Assembly (NCBI GenBank): GCA_036733305.1
Contig: DAINAT010000006.1
Span: 412 to 64,411, forward strand
Origin: Hyphomonadaceae bacterium
Lineage (GTDB): Bacteria > Pseudomonadota > Alphaproteobacteria > Caulobacterales > Hyphomonadaceae
Direction of reading: 5' to 3'
Length of the DNA: 64,000 nt
Shown: piece by piece, positions 1 to 10,454 of the stretch
Position numbering within the stretch: the stretch's first letter is position 1
Layout of the letters: every line of letters starts with the position of its first letter
The notes under the pieces: model-generated
What the model was told of the DNA's origin: nothing
The model's input: the letters and a program-made list of their open reading frames with translations, nothing else
The model's database searches: none
Program-made: the position numbers and the translations under genes

Positions 1-882
1 GCAGGCTATGTGGCGCCGCGAACATCGTGGGGTGCGCCGAGCATTGAAGGGATGTGGACGACGAATTTCATCCTGCCGATGGAGGCATCGCCGCGCACGC
101 CGACGCTGACGCTGCCGGAGAAGGATGCTCAGGCGATGGCGGATCTGCTGGCGGGAGAAATCGCGTCGTCGTTCGATGCGCAGCTTGATCCCGAAGTTCC
201 GGTGAACATCAGGAACACGAGCGGGCTTGCGGTGGTGAAGGGCGAGCGGCGGACGCGGGCAGTTGTGCTGCCGGCAGATGGACGGCTGCCCTATACGCCG
301 GAGGCGCGGAAGGAAACGGTGACGGGCGCGCCATCGAAGTACGACAACTATGAAGAGCGGCCGAACTGGGAGCGGTGCATCACCAATCTTGGGCTGCCGC
401 CGATCACCTTCATGGGCTCAACCAATATTCGCCATCTGGTGCAGACGCCGACGCATGTGGTGTTGCGGACGGAGTATGGCGACGAGGTTCGCATCATTCC
501 GTTCAGCGCAACGCACAAGCCGAAGGAGCTTCATACCATGCTGGGGGATTCCATTGCGCGGTGGGACGGCGACACGCTGGTGATCGAGACGGTGGGATTG
601 CCGAACAAGGATCGCAAGCGGGCGTTCGGGAACAATCTGCTGGTGCCGGGGACGAGCACCGTGATCGAGCGGCTGACGCGCGTGTCGGATAACGAGATCG
701 TCTATCAGTTCTCAGTGGTTGATCCGTCTGTGTATCACGCGCCGTGGATGGCGGAGTATTCGATCTATCGCTCGGATCACGTGAACTATGAGCATGCTTG
801 CCATGAGGGGAATTACTCGCTGCCGAACATCTTGAGGGGCGCGCGGGTGTTGGAGGCGGGGAAGGTTGGGGAGAGATGGTAA
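1..882 (+). CDS. conserved hypothetical protein, 5' end cut by window edge
   Basis: Frame 1 is open from base 1. The ORF track gives 10..882 with a GTG start. Third codon positions are G/C-rich as in neighbouring genes. No domain recognised by eye. Confidence 0.55.
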   Translation, partial: AGYVAPRTSWGAPSIEGMWTTNFILPMEASPRTPTLTLPEKDAQAMADLLAGEIASSFDAQLDPEVPVNIRNTSGLAVVKGERRTRAVVLPADGRLPYTPEARKETVTGAPSKYDNYEERPNWERCITNLGLPPITFMGSTNIRHLVQTPTHVVLRTEYGDEVRIIPFSATHKPKELHTMLGDSIARWDGDTLVIETVGLPNKDRKRAFGNNLLVPGTSTVIERLTRVSDNEIVYQFSVVDPSVYHAPWMAEYSIYRSDHVNYEHACHEGNYSLPNILRGARVLEAGKVGERW

Positions 883-914
883 GGGGCATTATGAGCGGTG
901 AGCTTGGCCCTGGC

Positions 915-990
915 TCCCGACTTTCGTCGGGATGAGCGGGACAAGGAATTGGCGGTGGTGGGTGGGGCGTGGTGCATCTGAAGATGCACC
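915..990. repeat. two short perfect hairpins, REP-like intergenic elements
   Basis: TCCCGAC-TTTC-GTCGGGA at 915-932 and GGTGCATC-TGAA-GATGCACC at 971-990. The second palindrome recurs at 55199-55216 with a TT spacer. Confidence 0.5.
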
Positions 991-1006
991 CTGCGCGGTT
1001 AGGACA

Positions 1007-1045
1007 AAAGAAAAGGCCCGCTCGGTTGAGCGGGCCTTTATTGTT
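1007..1045. terminator. bidirectional rho-independent terminator between convergent genes
   Basis: Stem GGCCCGCTC (1015-1023), loop GGTT, stem GAGCGGGCC (1028-1036). An A-run precedes it and TTTATTGTT follows it. On the minus strand it lies downstream of the flhG stop at 1062. Confidence 0.8.
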
Positions 1046-1061
1046 CTGATTGCCGTCCAGC

Positions 1062-1907
1062 CTAGGCCGACTGCGCGACGCTTTCGGCGCCGCCGCGGAT
1101 CATGGCTTCGGCGATCTGTTGGGCGTCGAGGGCGGCTTGCGCTTGCGGGTCGATCGAGACGATCGTCTTTTGCTGGCGGATCGCTTCGCGGACCTTGAGG
1201 TCGCGGAGGACGATGCCGGCCAGCGGCGGGCGGAAGCCGAGGAAGGTTTGCGAGGCGCGGGCCAGCGCTTCGTAGGTGCGGCGGCCGGCGACGCGGGTAT
1301 CGGCCATGTTGATGGCGATCCACGGCTGGACGCTCGGGGCATAGCCACGAAGCACCTTGATGAAGGCGTAGGCGTCGGTCATCGAGGTCGGCTCGTCGTT
1401 GGCGACGATGAGGCAACGGTCGCAGGCGCGGGCAAGGCGCATGACGTTGTCTTCGATGCCGGCGCCGAGGTCGACGAGGACCTGGTCGTATTGAAGGGCG
1501 AGCGCCGTAAGGCTCGCGGCAAGGCGCGAGGCTTCTTCAGCGGGCAGGCCGGCGAGCGCGCCGGAGCCCGAGCGGCCGGGGAGAACGTCGAAGCCGATAT
1601 CCGAACCGGCGCCGCCGTTCACTTTGCAAACTGCGTCTTCGAGCTCGACCCAGCCGGCGATGACCGCGGCGAGATCGGTTTCGGGGGCGATGCCGAGCTG
1701 AACGTCGACGTTGGCGAGACCAAGGTCTCCGTCAACAAGAAGCGTGCGGCGGCCCATCTTGGCGAAGCTGGCGGCAAGAGTGGTCGAGAGCCAGGTCTTG
1801 CCGACCCCGCCCTTGCCCGATGCCACGGCAATCACCGAAGCGGGCGTCACGCGGGAGCGTGCGCCGGCTTTGCTTTCGTTCTTTCGCGATCCGAAGTTCA
1901 TCATCAC
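1062..1907 (-). CDS. flhG: MinD/ParA-family ATPase FlhG (flagellar number/placement regulator)
   Basis: Deviant Walker A motif VASGKGGVGKT. MinD-like length (281 aa). 4-nt overlap with upstream flhF. Last gene of the flagellar class II operon. Confidence 0.85.
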   Translation of the reverse strand: MMMNFGSRKNESKAGARSRVTPASVIAVASGKGGVGKTWLSTTLAASFAKMGRRTLLVDGDLGLANVDVQLGIAPETDLAAVIAGWVELEDAVCKVNGGAGSDIGFDVLPGRSGSGALAGLPAEEASRLAASLTALALQYDQVLVDLGAGIEDNVMRLARACDRCLIVANDEPTSMTDAYAFIKVLRGYAPSVQPWIAINMADTRVAGRRTYEALARASQTFLGFRPPLAGIVLRDLKVREAIRQQKTIVSIDPQAQAALDAQQIAEAMIRGGAESVAQSA

Positions 1908-2878
1908 GCGGCTCCTTTGAGCGGTTCTGCTTCAGTTGTGTTCCCGGTCACGAACAACCGGGCGATCCTTCCAGCCGAGGCAGGCGCTAGTCCGCCACGT
2001 ACACTTTGCGTCAAACCAAGTTGAGCGATGCTTAACCGCGCGGAAGAAATTGCTGCGATTGCACCCCCGCGACGTCGAACCGCATCGAGTTTGGTAAGGA
2101 TGACGCGCTTGCAGCCGGCGGCGGCGAAGACGCGTGCATTGTCTTCCAGGTCCATCGGGTGGCCTTCGGCGCTCATTACCAGCACGGGTTCGACATTCAT
2201 GAAGGAAATCAAGTCACTGCACCGCTTCATGTCCGCTTCGTCGAGCGGGTTGAAGGAGGGGCAGTCGATGACGAGTTTCTGGCCCCGGTCGTCTGCATCA
2301 CGCACCAGCTTGATGAGGTGATCGGGCGAGAGCGCAAAGGTTACCGACGGTTTAAGCATTAATGCGGCGAGGCGGGCCGTCTGGCCAGACGAATCAAAAT
2401 CGGCGGCGACGGCTTCGAGCGGCTGCTTCTTGTCGGAGAGGAGAGTCGCGAGCTTGGCGACGGCGGTGGTCTTGCCCGAGCCGGGCGGGCCGACGAGCAG
2501 GAGGGACTTGGCCGGGCGCGGGTTCAGCGGGTTGAAGGTGATGAGGCCTTCGATGCCGACGGTGAGCGAGTTGATCGCTTCCATGCCGGCGCCGAGGCGG
2601 CTGCCTGCTTCGGAGACCATGTGGACGAAGCCGTCCGGTGCGCCGTGCCAGCGCAGGGTGGAGGCGAGGGTGGAGCGCGTCTCGTCATAGACGGGGCGGG
2701 CTTCGGCGAATTTCGGGGCGGCGAACTTCTGGCCGAAATTGCGCTCGACGGCGGCGCGGATTTCGACGCGGCCGTCTTCGTCGCGCGTGGAGAGGATGAC
2801 GGCGTCTGGGCCCATCTCGGCCCTGACTAACGCCATGGCCTCCTCTTCGGTTCGGCCCACGAACATCTTCATCTTCAT
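1904..2878 (-). CDS. flhF: flagellar biosynthesis GTPase FlhF (SRP-type)
   Basis: P-loop LVGPPGSGKTT. N-terminal FlhF-type B domain MFVGRTEEEAMALVRAEMGPDAVILS. LTKLD motif near the C-terminus. Lies directly downstream of flhA. The start among the MKMKM codons is uncertain. Confidence 0.85.
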   Translation of the reverse strand: MKMKMFVGRTEEEAMALVRAEMGPDAVILSTRDEDGRVEIRAAVERNFGQKFAAPKFAEARPVYDETRSTLASTLRWHGAPDGFVHMVSEAGSRLGAGMEAINSLTVGIEGLITFNPLNPRPAKSLLLVGPPGSGKTTAVAKLATLLSDKKQPLEAVAADFDSSGQTARLAALMLKPSVTFALSPDHLIKLVRDADDRGQKLVIDCPSFNPLDEADMKRCSDLISFMNVEPVLVMSAEGHPMDLEDNARVFAAAGCKRVILTKLDAVRRRGGAIAAISSARLSIAQLGLTQSVRGGLAPASAGRIARLFVTGNTTEAEPLKGAA

Positions 2879-2902
2879 GGTGGGGCTCCTCTTGTCTGTG
2901 AC

Positions 2903-5014
2903 CTAGACAGCGCCGGCTGAACGCAGCCGCGCCTTGGGATGGATTTCGTTCTGCGACATGACGATCGTCTGCGGGCGGAAGCGTTCGACCAGCGAGCGGA
3001 CATAGGGGCGGATCGGCGCTGAGGTGAGCAGGACCGGGCTGTCGCCGGTTTGCGCTGCGCGCTCGAAGGCGTTGCGGAGATCGGCGACGAACTGGTGCAG
3101 GCGCGAGGGCTCGAGGGCGAGCTGGCGGTCTGCGCCGGTGCCGACGAGGGCTTCGGCGAAGGTCTGCTCCCAGTTGGGGGAGAGGGCGACGACCGGGAGT
3201 GCGCCGTTGCCGTCAACGTGCATGTTGCAGAGCTGGCGAGCGAGACGGGCGCGGACGTGCTCGGTGACCGAGAGAAGGTCGGTCGAGGCGGAGGTCGCCT
3301 CGGCGATGGCTTCGAGGATGGTCGAGAAATCGCGGATCGAGATGCGCTCGCGCAGGAGGTTCTGCAGGACGCGCTGGATGCCGGAGATGGTGATCTGCGA
3401 GGGCGCGATGTCCGAGACGAGGGCGGCCTGCGGCTTGGGCAGGTCGTCGATGAGCTGGCGTACGCTGCCGAAGGTGAGCAGTTCGGCCATGTTCTCTTTG
3501 ACGAGTTCGGTGAAGTGCGTCGTGAGAACGGTGGCGGCGTCGACGATGGTGTAGCCCTGGATGGACGCGATCTCTTTCATCGCATCGTCGATCCAGACGG
3601 CGGGCAGGCCGAAGACCGGTTCGTTGACGCGCTCACCCGGGAGGGCGCCGGCGGTGCCGCCAGCATCCATGGCGAGGTGGAGTTGCGGGCGCAGCTTGCC
3701 GCGGCCGGCGACCACTTCCTTGATGAGGATGCGGTAGTCTTCCGAGCCAAGTTCGAGATTGTCGATGATGCGGACCTGCGGCACGACGAAGCCGAACTCC
3801 GAGGCGATCTGACGGCGGACCGCCTTGACCTGATCGGTCAGTTTGCGCCCCGAGGTTTCGTTGATGAAGCCGAGGAGGCCGAAGCCGAGTTCGATCTTGA
3901 TGTCGTCGACCGAGAGCGAATCCTGGATCGGCGGCTCGACCACCGGCTTGGCGCGTTCGGCCTGGACATCTTCGCGGGCCTTGGTCTCTTCGGCGACGCG
4001 CTGCTTTTGGAAGCCGCGCCAGGCAGCATAGCCGCAGCCGCCAGCGATTGCGAAGAACGGGATCATCGGCATGCCGGGCAGGAGGCCGATGAGGCCAGCC
4101 GTGATGGCGGCCATGGCCAAGCCTTGCGGGTTGGTGAAGAGCTGGCCGCCGATGGCTTTGTCGGCCGCGCCGTCAACGCCGGCTTTCGAGACGAGCATAC
4201 CGGCAGCGACCGAAACGACGAGCGCCGGGATCTGCGAGACGATACCGTCGCCGACGGTGAGCAGGGTGTAGGAGTTGGCGGCGTCTTCGAAGGAGATGCC
4301 TTGCTGCGCCACGCCGATAATCATGCCGCCGATCACGTTGATGAAGGTGATCAGGATGCCGGCCATCGCGTCGCCACGCACGAATTTCGAGGCGCCGTCC
4401 ATGGCCCCGTAGAAGTTGCTTTCGCCTTCGAGTTCCTTGCGGCGTCTGCGGGCTTCTTCCTCGGTGATCATGCCGGCGGACAGGTCGGCGTCGATCGCCA
4501 TCTGCTTGCCGGGCATGGCGTCGAGGGTGAAGCGGGCGGCGACTTCAGCGATACGGCCCGAACCCTTCGTGACGACCACGAAGTTGACGATGATCAGGAT
4601 GATGAAGACCACGACGCCGATGACGAAGTTGCCCTGCATCACGAAGCCGCCGAAGGCCTCGATGATGTTGCCTGCGGCCTGCGGGCCTTCGTGGCCATGA
4701 GCGAGGATGAGGCGGGTGGTGGCGATGTTCAGTGCGAGGCGCAGCAGCGTCGCCAGCAGCAGAACGGTCGGGAAGGCGGAGAATTCGAGCGGCTTCTTGA
4801 TCAACAGCGCCGTCATCAGGATCAGCACGGAGAGCGTGATCGAGATCGACAGCATGAAGTCGAGCAGGAACGGGGGCAGCGGCACGATCAGCATGACGAT
4901 CAACGCCATGACGCCGAGACCGAGGGCGTATTCGCCCCTGACAAATTGCTTGGTCAGCGCGTTCCAGTCGAACCCGCCGCCGCTAGCGCTACCGATAGTC
5001 CCTGCCTGCGCCAT
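2903..5014 (-). CDS. flhA: flagellar type III export gate protein FlhA
   Basis: 703 aa with an N-terminal polytopic membrane domain. Conserved YGAMDGASKFVRGDA block and a large cytoplasmic C-terminal domain. Confidence 0.97.
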   Translation of the reverse strand: MAQAGTIGSASGGGFDWNALTKQFVRGEYALGLGVMALIVMLIVPLPPFLLDFMLSISITLSVLILMTALLIKKPLEFSAFPTVLLLATLLRLALNIATTRLILAHGHEGPQAAGNIIEAFGGFVMQGNFVIGVVVFIILIIVNFVVVTKGSGRIAEVAARFTLDAMPGKQMAIDADLSAGMITEEEARRRRKELEGESNFYGAMDGASKFVRGDAMAGILITFINVIGGMIIGVAQQGISFEDAANSYTLLTVGDGIVSQIPALVVSVAAGMLVSKAGVDGAADKAIGGQLFTNPQGLAMAAITAGLIGLLPGMPMIPFFAIAGGCGYAAWRGFQKQRVAEETKAREDVQAERAKPVVEPPIQDSLSVDDIKIELGFGLLGFINETSGRKLTDQVKAVRRQIASEFGFVVPQVRIIDNLELGSEDYRILIKEVVAGRGKLRPQLHLAMDAGGTAGALPGERVNEPVFGLPAVWIDDAMKEIASIQGYTIVDAATVLTTHFTELVKENMAELLTFGSVRQLIDDLPKPQAALVSDIAPSQITISGIQRVLQNLLRERISIRDFSTILEAIAEATSASTDLLSVTEHVRARLARQLCNMHVDGNGALPVVALSPNWEQTFAEALVGTGADRQLALEPSRLHQFVADLRNAFERAAQTGDSPVLLTSAPIRPYVRSLVERFRPQTIVMSQNEIHPKARLRSAGAV

Positions 5015-5020
5015 CTATAG

Positions 5021-6394
5021 TTATCCTGCGGCCCGGACTTCGCCCGGAGCGGCGACTTCGATGCCCGCGTCCTGATACTGGCGCAGCTTGTTGCGCAGCG
5101 TGCGGATCGAGATGCCGAGAATGTTGGCGGCGTGCGTGCGGTTGCCGAGGCAATGATCGAGGGTCGAGAGGATGAGATCCTGTTCGACTTCGGCGACCGT
5201 CTGGCCGATGCGGATGGCCGCGCCCTTGATGGCGGCTTCTGCAGCATTGACGGCGCGCTCTGCCGTGGCGTCGAGAGCGTTCGCTTGAACCGGACGGCCA
5301 TCGGGCGTGCGCAGGTCGTCGACCGAGATTTCCTCGCCACGGGCGAGAATGACAGCGCGGTGCATGGCGTTTTCGAGTTCGCGAACGTTGCCCATCCAGG
5401 CAGCGGCCTGAACACGCTCGCTGGCGGCGTCGGACAGGCGGCGGTGCGAGAGGCCGTTGGCGTTGGCGTATTTGTTGACGAAGAAATCGGCCAGCGAGGC
5501 GAGGTCGCGCGGACGCTCACGCAGCGGCGGGATGTGGAGGTTCATCACGTTGAGCCGATAGAGAAGGTCCTTGCGGAATTCGCCACGGATGACGGCTTCC
5601 TGCAGAATGCGGTTCGACGTGGCGATAATGCGGATGTTGACCGGAACCGGCTTCGAGCCGCCGACACGGTCGATCTCGCGCTCCTGAATGGCGCGCAGCA
5701 GCTTGGCCTGCAGACGGATATCCATTTCGGAAATCTCGTCGAGCAGCAGCGTGCCGCCGTCAGCTTCCTCGAACTTGCCGATACGACGGGCGACTGCGCC
5801 GGTGAACGCGCCTTTCTCGTGACCGAACAGTTCGGACTCGAGGAGGTTCTCCGGGATGGCGGCGCAGTTGACCGAGATGAACGGCTTGTCGGCGCGCTTC
5901 GACTTGCGGTGAACGTAGCGGGCCATGACTTCCTTGCCGACGCCGCTTTCGCCCGTGATCAGCACGGAAGCTTCGGAGGGGGCGATCTGGTCAGCCAGAG
6001 CGCGCAGTTCGAGCATGGACGGATCGTTGGCGATCAGCGGACGGTCGTCGTCAGCCACGGCCGAGAGCACTGCGGCGATCAGTTCCGGATCGGGCGGCAG
6101 CGGGATGAACTCGCGTGCGCCGGCGCGGATGGCGCGGGCGGCCATATCCGGCGTGACGTTGACGCCGCAGGCGACGACCGGGGCGACAATGCGCTCCTGC
6201 TTCATCGCGCCGACGAGGCCGGTGATGTCTTCGTGGACATCGATCATCACGATGTCTGCGCCGCGGCCGGTGCGCAGCAGATCCATGGCGTGCGCCGCTT
6301 CAGGGGCGTGCAGCACCTTGGCGCCTTTCTCGAAGGCGATTTTCGTGGCGGCCGAGAGCTGGCCCGCGAGGTTTCCGATAATGAGAACGCGCAT
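5021..6394 (-). CDS. flbD: sigma-54-dependent flagellar transcriptional activator FlbD (NtrC family)
   Basis: Receiver-like N-terminus. AAA+ domain with GESGVGKE Walker A and the [15 protein letters not shown] (GAFTGA) sigma-54 contact loop. C-terminal Fis-type HTH. Sits between fliN and flhA as in Caulobacter. Confidence 0.9.
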   Translation of the reverse strand: MRVLIIGNLAGQLSAATKIAFEKGAKVLHAPEAAHAMDLLRTGRGADIVMIDVHEDITGLVGAMKQERIVAPVVACGVNVTPDMAARAIRAGAREFIPLPPDPELIAAVLSAVADDDRPLIANDPSMLELRALADQIAPSEASVLITGESGVGKEVMARYVHRKSKRADKPFISVNCAAIPENLLESELFGHEKGAFTGAVARRIGKFEEADGGTLLLDEISEMDIRLQAKLLRAIQEREIDRVGGSKPVPVNIRIIATSNRILQEAVIRGEFRKDLLYRLNVMNLHIPPLRERPRDLASLADFFVNKYANANGLSHRRLSDAASERVQAAAWMGNVRELENAMHRAVILARGEEISVDDLRTPDGRPVQANALDATAERAVNAAEAAIKGAAIRIGQTVAEVEQDLILSTLDHCLGNRTHAANILGISIRTLRNKLRQYQDAGIEVAAPGEVRAAG

Positions 6395-6404
6395 GGGTTT
6401 TCCT

Positions 6405-6755
6405 CTAGGCGTCAGAATTCTTGATGATCTCGGTCATGGTCACGCCGAGGCGGTCGTCGACGATGACGACTTCGCCCCGCGCGACCAGGCGCGAGTTGAC
6501 GTAAATATCGATGGCCTCGCCGACGCGGCGATCGAGTTCCAGCACTGAACCAGGGCTGAGTTCGAGCAGCTTGGCGACTTCGATCGTGGTGCGCCCGATG
6601 ACGGCCTGAACGTTGACGGGCACATCGAACACTGGCCGCAGATCGGCGGCCACGCGCTCGCGCATGTCCTCGCGCGTTTCGGGAGCCACATTGGCGGTGG
6701 AGCTGGCGACACCGCCGCCTGCTGCAAGATCCGGAAGATTGAGGTCGTTGCTCAT
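6405..6755 (-). CDS. fliN: flagellar motor switch protein FliN
   Basis: 116 aa. C-terminal SpoA/FliN domain LSPGSVLELDRRVGEAIDIYVNSRLVARGEVVIVDDRLGVTMTEII. Confidence 0.93.
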   Translation of the reverse strand: MSNDLNLPDLAAGGGVASSTANVAPETREDMRERVAADLRPVFDVPVNVQAVIGRTTIEVAKLLELSPGSVLELDRRVGEAIDIYVNSRLVARGEVVIVDDRLGVTMTEIIKNSDA

Positions 6756-6761
6756 GATGTC

Positions 6762-7391
6762 CTACGCGGAGAAGAGTTCGAGCTGCGGAGCGACGGGGTC
6801 TTGCAGGCGGGCTTTGATAATGGCGTCGATGGATGCTTCGACGCCTTCGCGGCTGAAACCTGCGGAGCCTTCGCTCCACACCACATCCCAATCGCCGGGC
6901 TTGGCGGTCGGGTTGGCGACGAAGGAGATGCTGGCGCCGACGCCCAGACGGCGCAGGTGTTCGGCGCGGCGTTCGACATCGGCGAGCGCTTCGGGCGCCA
7001 CGAAGACGGTGACGACCGGGTTGAACTTGAGCTGGCGAACGACCTCTGCGATGGCGGTAGCGGCGGCTTCCTCGCCGGCCTTGTCGAGCGCCGTGCCGGC
7101 GATCTTCTTGGCGGCGATCATGGCCATTTCAGCGGCTTCGGCGCGGAGCTGTTCGGCGATGCCGGCAAGCTGGGCGGCGACGGGCGCGAGGTTGGCGACG
7201 ATGCGGTCGACCGAGGCGAAGCCCTTTGCTTCCACGGTCTGACGGGCTTTCGCCTCGCCATCGGCGCGGGCCTTGGCGCTCATCACTTCGGTTTCGTCGC
7301 GCGAGAAATATTTGCGATCGGGACCGCTCAGGACTTCACCCTGCGGCGTGAATTCGGTTTCGAAGTTGAAGGTGCGAATCTGCTGGGTCAT
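6762..7391 (-). CDS. flbE: FliH-like flagellar assembly protein (positional equivalent of Caulobacter FlbE)
   Basis: 209 aa. Ala/Glu-rich coiled-coil centre followed by a compact C-terminal domain. Located between fliG and fliN. The call rests mainly on synteny. Confidence 0.55.
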   Translation of the reverse strand: MTQQIRTFNFETEFTPQGEVLSGPDRKYFSRDETEVMSAKARADGEAKARQTVEAKGFASVDRIVANLAPVAAQLAGIAEQLRAEAAEMAMIAAKKIAGTALDKAGEEAAATAIAEVVRQLKFNPVVTVFVAPEALADVERRAEHLRRLGVGASISFVANPTAKPGDWDVVWSEGSAGFSREGVEASIDAIIKARLQDPVAPQLELFSA

Positions 7392-8518
7392 TAGTAAATC
7401 AGCTCATCCTGGCCGCCGCCGTCGGCGAGCATGATCTCGCCGCGATCGGCCAGCGCCTTGGCGATGACGACCATTTCCTGCTGGGCGGATTCGACGTCTT
7501 TCAGTTTGACCGGCCCCATCGCGCCCATGTCGTCGCGCATGATCTTCGCCGCGCGTTCCGACATGTTCGACATGAACAGGTTGCGCATTTCGTCGTTTGC
7601 GCCCTTGAGCGCGAGGCCAAGCTTGGCCTTGTCGACGCTGCGCAGGAGGGTCTGGATGCCGCCCGGATCGAGCTTGGCGAGGTCTTCGAAGACGAACATG
7701 AGCGAGCGGATACGGTCGGCCGAATCCTTGTTCTTGTCTTCGAGCAGCGAGATGAAACGGCCCTCGGTCTGGCGATCGAAGTTGTTGAAGATCGCGGCCA
7801 TCTGTTCGTGGCTGTCGCGCTTGGAGGTGCGCGCGAGGTTGGTCATGAATTCGGTGCGCAGGGTGGACTCGATTTTTTCCAGGATGTCGCGCTGGACCGG
7901 CTCCATGCGCAGCATGCGCTGGATGACTTCGAGCGCGAAGTCTGGCGGCAGGGCTGTGAGCACGCGGGCGGCGTGGTCGGATTTGATCTTCGAGAGGATG
8001 ACCGCGACGGTCTGCGGGTATTCGTTCTTGAGATAGTTCGCGAGAACCTGCTCGTTCACGTTACCGAGCTTGTCCCACATGGTGCGGCCGGCGGGGCCGC
8101 GCAGTTCTTCCATGAGGCCGTCGACCTTGTCGGCGGGGAGGAACTGCATGAGCAGGCGGTGGGTCTGTTCGTAGGAGCCGGTGACGGCGCCCGAACCGGA
8201 GAGGCGGTTGACGAAGTCCTTGATGAGGAATTCGACCAGATCAGCTTTCACCGGGCCGAGGCTCGACATGGCGGACGAGATTTCGCGCAGCTCGTCGTCG
8301 TCCAGGCGATCCCAGATGGGCTTGGCGTCTTCACCGAGCGAGAGCAGCAGGACGGCGGCCTTTTCCGAGCCGTGCAGAGATTTTACCGCGGCGAGTGTTT
8401 CCTCGATGCGGCGCTTGGTGTCGTTGTTGTGGGTGTCTTCGCGCGTGAGGCCGCCACCCGCGGGGGCGGGGAGCGCGGCTGCGTCGGGAGCCTTCTGGGC
8501 GGCGGATGCCTTGCTCAT
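7391..8518 (-). CDS. fliG: flagellar motor switch protein FliG
   Basis: 375 aa. Conserved blocks [23 protein letters not shown] and [13 protein letters not shown]. Overlaps the fliF stop by 4 nt. Confidence 0.95.
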   Translation of the reverse strand: MSKASAAQKAPDAAALPAPAGGGLTREDTHNNDTKRRIEETLAAVKSLHGSEKAAVLLLSLGEDAKPIWDRLDDDELREISSAMSSLGPVKADLVEFLIKDFVNRLSGSGAVTGSYEQTHRLLMQFLPADKVDGLMEELRGPAGRTMWDKLGNVNEQVLANYLKNEYPQTVAVILSKIKSDHAARVLTALPPDFALEVIQRMLRMEPVQRDILEKIESTLRTEFMTNLARTSKRDSHEQMAAIFNNFDRQTEGRFISLLEDKNKDSADRIRSLMFVFEDLAKLDPGGIQTLLRSVDKAKLGLALKGANDEMRNLFMSNMSERAAKIMRDDMGAMGPVKLKDVESAQQEMVVIAKALADRGEIMLADGGGQDELIY

Positions 8519-10278
8519 GCGGCGCGATCCGAATTCGATTCTTCAGCGAGCCAGGAGCGGATGATGGCGACCGACTCGTCCGGGTGGCTGGCGACGACTT
8601 CCGAAATTTTCTTGATCGACGAGGCTTTTACCTGGCCCGAGATACGCGCGACATCGATGCCGGCATCGAGACGCTCGGGCATCTCTGCGTCAAAACTCAC
8701 GACACGGCCTTCGTTCATCGAGAGTGTGTCGCCGTCGTCAGATTTCTGGGGCGAGGCTAGGGCGGCGGCCTGGAGGGAGGCGAGCGCCTTGGCGCGTTTG
8801 GAGCCCTTCAGTTTTGCGATCTCCGGCGGCAGTTCTACAGCGACTGACTTGGTGAACATGCCGGAGATCAGCGGGCGCAGGACGAAGAAGACCAGGGCGA
8901 GCGCGGTCAGCAGCAGGGCGACGATTTCGCCGATGTGGAGGAGGTCGAACTTGTCGAGTTCGAACGCGCCGGGGGCGGCTGCGCCATCGATCGAGGTGTC
9001 GGGACGCGAGAACGCCGCGCTTTCGACGGTGACGACGTCGCCGCGTTGTTCGTTGAAGAGGACCGCCGATTTCACGAGCGACGTGATGCGGGCGATCTCT
9101 TCGGCCGGGCGCGGCTGCCAGGTGGCGGGTTGGCCTTCGGCGCCGGGGACGCGCATGTGGTCGATGGCGACTGCGACGGAAAGACGCTGGATCTTCCCAC
9201 CTTCCACGACCTCGGTGCGCAGCGTCTTGTCCATCTCGTAGTTGACGGTTGATTCGTTGCGGTTGGTGGTGCTCTGGCTTTTCGGCGCGGCGGGGGCAGG
9301 GGCCTGCGCGCCGGTGGGAATGTTGTTGGCGACGGTGGTTTCATCGCCGTTGGCCGCTTCCTGGTTCGAGGACGAGTCCTCGACGGTCGTCTCCGAGCGG
9401 ACGACGCGGCTGTCTGGGTTGTAGGTTTCGGACGACTGCGTGACCTTGTTGAAGTCGGCTTCGATCGAGACGGTGACCTTCGCAGCGCCGGGGCCGGCGA
9501 TGTTCTCGATCACGTCGAGAACCTTTTTGCGGTAGCTTTCTTCCATGGATGAACGGCGTTCGTCGCCGGTCGTACCGCCGCCAACGCCGGCGGTGGGGTC
9601 GTTGTCATCCGTCGCGGCGGCGAGCAGGCGGCCGTCTGTGGATGAAACTGTAACTGCGTTCACCGACAGGCCGGGAACCTGTGACGCGATGATGTTGCGA
9701 ATCGCGCGGACCTTTTCCGGCGACATGGCATTGCCGGAGATCTTGAGAACGACCGATGCCTTGGGTTTTTCGGAATTCTTCTGGAAAAGCGGACGTTCCG
9801 GCACGGACAGGTGAACGCGCGCCGTCTGCACCATGTCATAGGCGCCGATGGTGCGTTCCAGCTCGCCTTCCATGGCGCGGAGTTGCTTGATGTTGAGAAC
9901 GAACTGGGTTTCGCCCAGTGCGTCGGACTTGTCGAAGATTTCCCAGCCGATCGAGCCGCGCGTCGGCAGGCCCTGCTCGGAGAGCATCATGCGGGCGTTT
10001 TCGACCTTGGAAGCGTCGACGAAAACGGCCGAGCCGCCGCCCTGCATGGTGTAGGCGACGCCCGCTGTATCGAGCTTCTTGGTGATTTCGGCAGCTTCGT
10101 CGAGGTTGAGGCCCGAGAACAGAAGCTTCTGGCCGCCGCTTTCGCCGCGCAGCATGATGACGCCGAGCCCGCCGCCGACCAACGCCACGACGACAAGCGC
10201 CGCTGCGATGCGCATACGACCGGAACGCGCGAGCTGCGCGACCAGTCCCTTGGACTCTTCAGATTTAGCTTCGGCCAT
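8515..10278 (-). CDS. fliF: flagellar MS-ring protein FliF
   Basis: 587 aa. N-terminal TM segment, YscJ/FliF lipoprotein-like domain ([18 protein letters not shown]), second TM near residue 440 and a C-terminal FliG-binding tail. Confidence 0.95.
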   Translation of the reverse strand: MAEAKSEESKGLVAQLARSGRMRIAAALVVVALVGGGLGVIMLRGESGGQKLLFSGLNLDEAAEITKKLDTAGVAYTMQGGGSAVFVDASKVENARMMLSEQGLPTRGSIGWEIFDKSDALGETQFVLNIKQLRAMEGELERTIGAYDMVQTARVHLSVPERPLFQKNSEKPKASVVLKISGNAMSPEKVRAIRNIIASQVPGLSVNAVTVSSTDGRLLAAATDDNDPTAGVGGGTTGDERRSSMEESYRKKVLDVIENIAGPGAAKVTVSIEADFNKVTQSSETYNPDSRVVRSETTVEDSSSNQEAANGDETTVANNIPTGAQAPAPAAPKSQSTTNRNESTVNYEMDKTLRTEVVEGGKIQRLSVAVAIDHMRVPGAEGQPATWQPRPAEEIARITSLVKSAVLFNEQRGDVVTVESAAFSRPDTSIDGAAAPGAFELDKFDLLHIGEIVALLLTALALVFFVLRPLISGMFTKSVAVELPPEIAKLKGSKRAKALASLQAAALASPQKSDDGDTLSMNEGRVVSFDAEMPERLDAGIDVARISGQVKASSIKKISEVVASHPDESVAIIRSWLAEESNSDRAA

Positions 10279-10342
10279 GCCCGCCCGGAAAATTCTGCCT
10301 GCGTCGCGATTTGCGACTAGGCAGGAAATTCCCAGTGCGTGG

Positions 10343-10357
10343 TAAACGCCGTCTTAA
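10343..10357 (-). promoter_or_regulatory. candidate CtrA box (minus strand TTAA-N7-TTTA) upstream of fliF
   Basis: Plus strand reads TAAACGCCGTCTTAA, 65 nt upstream of the fliF ATG at 10278. It has one mismatch to TTAA-N7-TTAA. Confidence 0.45.
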
Positions 10358-10375
10358 GGACCCGAGACGGAGTTG

Positions 10376-10390
10376 TTAGCGAAACCTTAA
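10376..10390 (-). promoter_or_regulatory. candidate CtrA box (minus strand TTAA-N7-CTAA) upstream of fliF
   Basis: Plus strand reads TTAGCGAAACCTTAA, with one mismatch to the consensus. It lies 33 nt from the first box. Confidence 0.4.
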
Positions 10391-10454
10391 AACAGGGTCC
10401 GCTCGCCGTCCCTCCCCAAGACCCGGGACGGCGTTAGGTGCTGCTAGAGAAGGT

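Noticed and set aside
3050-5020. 656-aa plus-strand ORF, with similar very long ORFs at 5132-6424, 7808-9241, 20066-21376, 22354-23655, 30443-32851, 35868-38117, 42920-44365 and 44955-46097
   Set aside because: All are antisense to genes with unmistakable conserved motifs (flhA, flbD, fliG/fliF, mnmA, thiolase, M16, S9, DUF1501). Their translations are Arg/Gly/Asp/His-rich low-complexity strings, typical of stop-codon-poor antisense frames in high-GC DNA.
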